The position numbers were made by a program, and so were the translations under genes. DNA of 64,000 nucleotides from Bryobacterales bacterium (GTDB taxonomy: Bacteria > Acidobacteriota > Terriglobia > Bryobacterales > UBA6623). A model generated the notes under the pieces. It saw only the letters and a program-made list of their open reading frames with translations. It was not told the origin of the DNA and searched no databases. This document shows, piece after piece, positions 60,594 through 64,000 of the stretch (position 1 is its first letter; each line of letters begins with the position of its first letter). The stretch covers positions 1,696,001 through 1,760,000 of the forward strand of contig OY729428.2 in NCBI GenBank assembly GCA_963422375.2, given 5' to 3'.

Positions 60594-61985
60594 CTATCGC
60601 CTCGCGCCCTTCAGCGCCCCCCTCGGTCTCGATCGCAGGTACGCGGCCACCAACTCGTTGTGTTTGAGGCGAAGCGCCCTCAGCGCCTCGCCGATTGCCG
60701 GCGCGTCATCCTCTCGGACGGGCATTGCCGAGAAGATGAGCGTGCCCATCTCGTCCTCGGACCCGCGTCCCCAGACGACTCGCTTGGGCGGGCTGCTGGG
60801 GTTTCTCGGATTCTCGGCTGAATTGTCGTAGCGTATCCGGGCGTGGATCGTCGCTCCCGCAGGGAGCGTGACGGGCTCCTCGTAAACGTACATGTCCTGC
60901 CAAGCGAAGTCCCAGTCCTTGATCCAAATCAGCGGGACCTCGTCCCCGGATGGCAGTTCGGCCCAAGCCTTGAATTCCTTGCCGATGTAGTGGGCGTGCG
61001 GCGTCACGCCGTACAGCTCCATGTCCGCCGGCAGGGTGAATGACTCTCCGATTTCAAACTCTGTGTCACCCGGAGCGATGTTGATGCCCGCGCCCAAGCC
61101 GAATCGCGGGGGAAGCTGGATCGAGTAGTTGGTGCGCGTCGCGGGCCGGTCCGTGAAGTACAGGGCGACGGCGGAGCGCTCCGTCTCCTCCTTGCCGGAG
61201 GGGTGGAAATGGGACTCGAACAGGAAGTCGCTGCCGGCGGGCAGCTTTCGCGGCGCATCCTCGGGGAAAACCCGGGCGATCCCCCCCAAGGCCCAGCCTC
61301 CTAGGCTGATGCGCCCCGGGATCGAGCCCGAGCCCATCCCGCCGTAGCCGGCCTCCTCGTCCCTGGCGTCCAGCTCGCGTGCCCGGCGGCCCGAAGGGTC
61401 GGCTTTGAATAGGCTGTGATGAACGACGCTTCGGGCCGCCGGGCGGAACTGGAGGGCGCGCAGCCATTTGTCCTCGGCTGTCGGCACCCTGGCGGGAAAG
61501 TTCCTGTAGATGTCCGGGCCGTCCGCCGGAACGGTGTAGGGCACCTCCATCTCCACCACGAGATCCGGTTCGCCCAGCGCCCAGCCCGTCGAGAACTCCG
61601 GCGGCTCGGGGGCTGCTCCGGGGCCCGCGGGGGCACCCTGGTCGACCCAGCGGGCAAGGAGCTCGACCTCAGAGTCGGGCATGCGCCGCTCGCCCTTGAA
61701 CTTGCCGTATCCGGGCTCAGCGTGCCAAGGCGGCATATACCTCGACTGCGTGACGGCGCGGATCAGCTGCGCCCGCTTGGCGACGTCTTCGTACGTCAGC
61801 AGCGAGAACGGCCCGGCCTGTCCCGGCCGGTGGCAGGCGGAGCAGCGCTGGTGGACGATTTGCGCGACATGCTCGTTGAAGGTGACGTCGTCGCCCGTGG
61901 CGACGCGGGCGCTCTCGGCGCCGACGGCTCCTCCGGCCGACGACGTGAGGGCGGCGAGCGCCCATCCGAATACGCGGTTTCTCAT
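60594..61985 (-). CDS. Heme-c-containing copper type II monooxygenase-like (PHM/DBH-fold) exported protein
   Basis: Signal peptide; CSACH, MPPW; VVHH, SHFHP, PHAH, WDFAWQ, EDEM. Confidence 0.75.
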   Translation of the reverse strand: MRNRVFGWALAALTSSAGGAVGAESARVATGDDVTFNEHVAQIVHQRCSACHRPGQAGPFSLLTYEDVAKRAQLIRAVTQSRYMPPWHAEPGYGKFKGERRMPDSEVELLARWVDQGAPAGPGAAPEPPEFSTGWALGEPDLVVEMEVPYTVPADGPDIYRNFPARVPTAEDKWLRALQFRPAARSVVHHSLFKADPSGRRARELDARDEEAGYGGMGSGSIPGRISLGGWALGGIARVFPEDAPRKLPAGSDFLFESHFHPSGKEETERSAVALYFTDRPATRTNYSIQLPPRFGLGAGINIAPGDTEFEIGESFTLPADMELYGVTPHAHYIGKEFKAWAELPSGDEVPLIWIKDWDFAWQDMYVYEEPVTLPAGATIHARIRYDNSAENPRNPSSPPKRVVWGRGSEDEMGTLIFSAMPVREDDAPAIGEALRALRLKHNELVAAYLRSRPRGALKGARR

Positions 61986-62551
61986 TTCGGCTCTCCTTGA
62001 CCGAGCAGGTCCAGGGAAGGAATGAAGCACCCGACCGCCTGGGTCCGAGGATTGGAGACTAGCAGTCCGGCCAGCACCTCCTCCAAGGCGGCTCGCAGGT
62101 CTTGCTCGGTCGGCTTTCTGCGGGGCGTTCCCAGCGAGGCGTAGAGGTTGTCGATGCGCCCCCGGTACGCCAGTCTACCGGAGCCGTCAAAGACGGCGGC
62201 CTCGGGGGTGACAGTGGCTCCCGCTAGATCTACGAGTTCGTGCCCGATGTCGCGGATGGCAGCCACCGATATGCCATACTCCCGGCGGTGTCGCCGGACC
62301 GTCGCCTCGTCCGCTGTCGGGTCGATGTAGGCCGTCAGGCACCGCAGCCCCTTCTCGGCATACTTCTTGCAAATCCTGCCGATCTCCGGCACATACCGGT
62401 TCGAGATGGGACAGTCATGTGTCAGGAAGTAAACTACCGTCGCCTTCGCCCCGGGCTCCGTTGGCAGCCGACGGTCGATCCCGTCGATGTCTCGCAGGGT
62501 CAGCGCGGGCGCCGAAAGCGCGACGATTAGCAGCAAGACGCTGGATCGCAT
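61982..62551 (-). CDS. Exported redoxin (AhpC/TSA-like thioredoxin fold)
   Basis: Signal peptide; THDCPISNRY, ATVTPEA, YRGRIDN, AVGC; ATGA overlap with the next gene. Confidence 0.88.
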   Translation of the reverse strand: MRSSVLLLIVALSAPALTLRDIDGIDRRLPTEPGAKATVVYFLTHDCPISNRYVPEIGRICKKYAEKGLRCLTAYIDPTADEATVRRHRREYGISVAAIRDIGHELVDLAGATVTPEAAVFDGSGRLAYRGRIDNLYASLGTPRRKPTEQDLRAALEEVLAGLLVSNPRTQAVGCFIPSLDLLGQGEPK

Positions 62552-62923
62552 AGCCTCGATCTTCGGAGATTGTACCAGTCGGACTGGTCGGGGGCCGGCC
62601 GGACCGTCCGCTGCAGCGCCAGTCGGAGGCGCGTGCCGCCCGCCCTCGCGTCGGTCGGTCGCAGATGTCCTGCTGATCGTGCATCGGCGGCGTCAATCGC
62701 GTTCCAGTCCGGCCGGGAATCGGGGGCGGCAAGGCCCGCGTCGGTTCTCGGCCGTTCGGGCTCCGACTGGCCGAGGAACTGCGGCAGGTTCCTATCATCC
62801 GGCTGATTGGCCGCTTGGCAAGTGCGATTCGCAACGCGGTATCCGCCGCGGTGATCTATAATATCAGCGAGCCCAGCCCCGCGTGGATTGGTCCGGACGG
62901 GCGGCCGACACTGGAATTGCACC

Positions 62924-64000
62924 ATGTGCCGTAGGCAAGATCGTCGAACCGTCGGGGCCTTGGTGGCCTGCTTGGTCGCGGCTCCCGCCTCGCTCGCCGG
63001 TACCCTGCCAGACGAGATCTATAGGTCCACGATTCAGCCGACGTTGAAGGATCAGTGCCTCGGCTGCCACGGGGAGGGCAACTTGCTCGGCGAACTGGAC
63101 CTTCGCACCCGCGAGTCGGCTCTCAAGGGCGGAAAGCGGGGTCCCGCGATTGTCAGCGGCGACCCGGATGCCAGCCTGCTAGTGCGCGTGATCGACCATT
63201 CCGGCGAGCTGCAGATGCCGCCGGGCGGAGCGGAAAAGCGCCTGTCCGACGAGGCGGTCGGGGCGTTTCGCGCGTGGATCGCGGGCGGCGCGCCCTTCGA
63301 GGAGGTTGCCACCGCCGCAAACTGGGAGTTCGATGAAGAGGATCTCTGGGCGTTCCGTCCCGTTGAGCGCGTCGAGCCGCCGACCGGCCTCGCCCTTGCC
63401 GAGGGGGTCAGCACGCCTGTCGACAGCTTCATGTTGGCAAAGCTTGCCGAGAACGGTCTCGATCCGGGGCCGAGGGCGGACAAGCTGACTCTGATTCGCA
63501 GGGTGACGTTTGACCTGACGGGCCTGCCCCCGACACCCCGCGAGGTGTCCGCGTTTCTCCGCGACGAGTCGGACGGAGCCTATAAAGCACTGGTCGAGCG
63601 TCTGCTCGACTCCCCCCGGTACGGCGAGAAATGGGGCCGCCACTGGCTCGACGTGACCCGCTACGCCGACACGGCAGGGTATTCCAACGATTTCGAGCAG
63701 CCCAACGCTTGGCGCTACAGGGATTACGTAATCCGCAGCTTCAACACGGACAAGCCCTACAACCGCTTCGTGCTCGAGCAGATCGCCGGGGACGAGCTGT
63801 TCCCCGGCGATCCCGAAGCGATCATCGCGACCGGATTCCTGCGAACCGGCCCTTGGGAGCACACGGGGATGTCGGTGGCAGCTGTCACGCGCCAGCTCTT
63901 CCTCGACGATGTCACCCACCATGTCGGCCAGTCATTTCTCGGACTGACGCTGGGCTGCGCCCGCTGCCACGACCACAAGTTCGATCCCATCCCCACCAAG
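62924..64000 (+). CDS. PSD1 / planctomycete cytochrome c (DUF1549) protein, runs off the window end
   Basis: Read from ATG 62924: signal peptide, CLGCH, WAFRP, LIRRVTFDLTGLPPT, YGEKWGRHWLD, CARCHDHKFDP. Confidence 0.9.
   Translation, partial: MCRRQDRRTVGALVACLVAAPASLAGTLPDEIYRSTIQPTLKDQCLGCHGEGNLLGELDLRTRESALKGGKRGPAIVSGDPDASLLVRVIDHSGELQMPPGGAEKRLSDEAVGAFRAWIAGGAPFEEVATAANWEFDEEDLWAFRPVERVEPPTGLALAEGVSTPVDSFMLAKLAENGLDPGPRADKLTLIRRVTFDLTGLPPTPREVSAFLRDESDGAYKALVERLLDSPRYGEKWGRHWLDVTRYADTAGYSNDFEQPNAWRYRDYVIRSFNTDKPYNRFVLEQIAGDELFPGDPEAIIATGFLRTGPWEHTGMSVAAVTRQLFLDDVTHHVGQSFLGLTLGCARCHDHKFDPIPTK

Noticed and set aside
1..64000. CRISPR arrays, tRNA/rRNA genes, and long antisense ORFs (e.g. 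27210-29189, 39146-41158, 58284-59849)
   Set aside because: No repeat-spacer array or RNA gene was seen; the long alternative ORFs are high-GC shadows of identified genes

Overview
High-GC bacterial chromosomal window. The gene content (Acidobacteria-type TonB-dependent receptors, PSD1/planctomycete-cytochrome proteins, a cohesin-tailed secretin, DUF1080, a PQQ-type quinoprotein lacking the vicinal Cys pair) suggests an Acidobacteriota/Bryobacterales-like organism. The IS load and many pseudogenes would fit a host-associated lineage; both points are inference. Bases 1-8555 are a nested IS pile-up (IS5/IS1182-like, IS1595 x2, ISNCY, ISAs1 x2, IS630) around an intact sialidase-like gene. It is followed by sulfatase-rfbD-sat-cysH-cysC, another IS insertion truncating a TonB receptor, and mostly housekeeping genes (Ca/Na antiporter, Nudix, mutS2, smpB, T2SS secretin and pseudopilins, sppA, efp, amidase, FAH, SDR, enolase family, gcvT-H-PA-PB). 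Decayed higBA, NTPase, lipocalin and phoX genes are interspersed. The best candidate for an undescribed system is a four-gene operon at 53039-58287: a hypothetical protein, a Walker-degenerate DUF2791/BrxD-like ATPase, an intact DUF2791/BrxD-like ATPase, and a SNF2 helicase with an extra N-terminal domain and a frameshift at Walker A. It looks like an anti-phage module but matches neither BREX nor Shango in composition. A second candidate is an exported redoxin / heme-c copper-monooxygenase-like / cytochrome c-quinoprotein operon at 58418-62551. All family calls come from motif recognition, not database searches.
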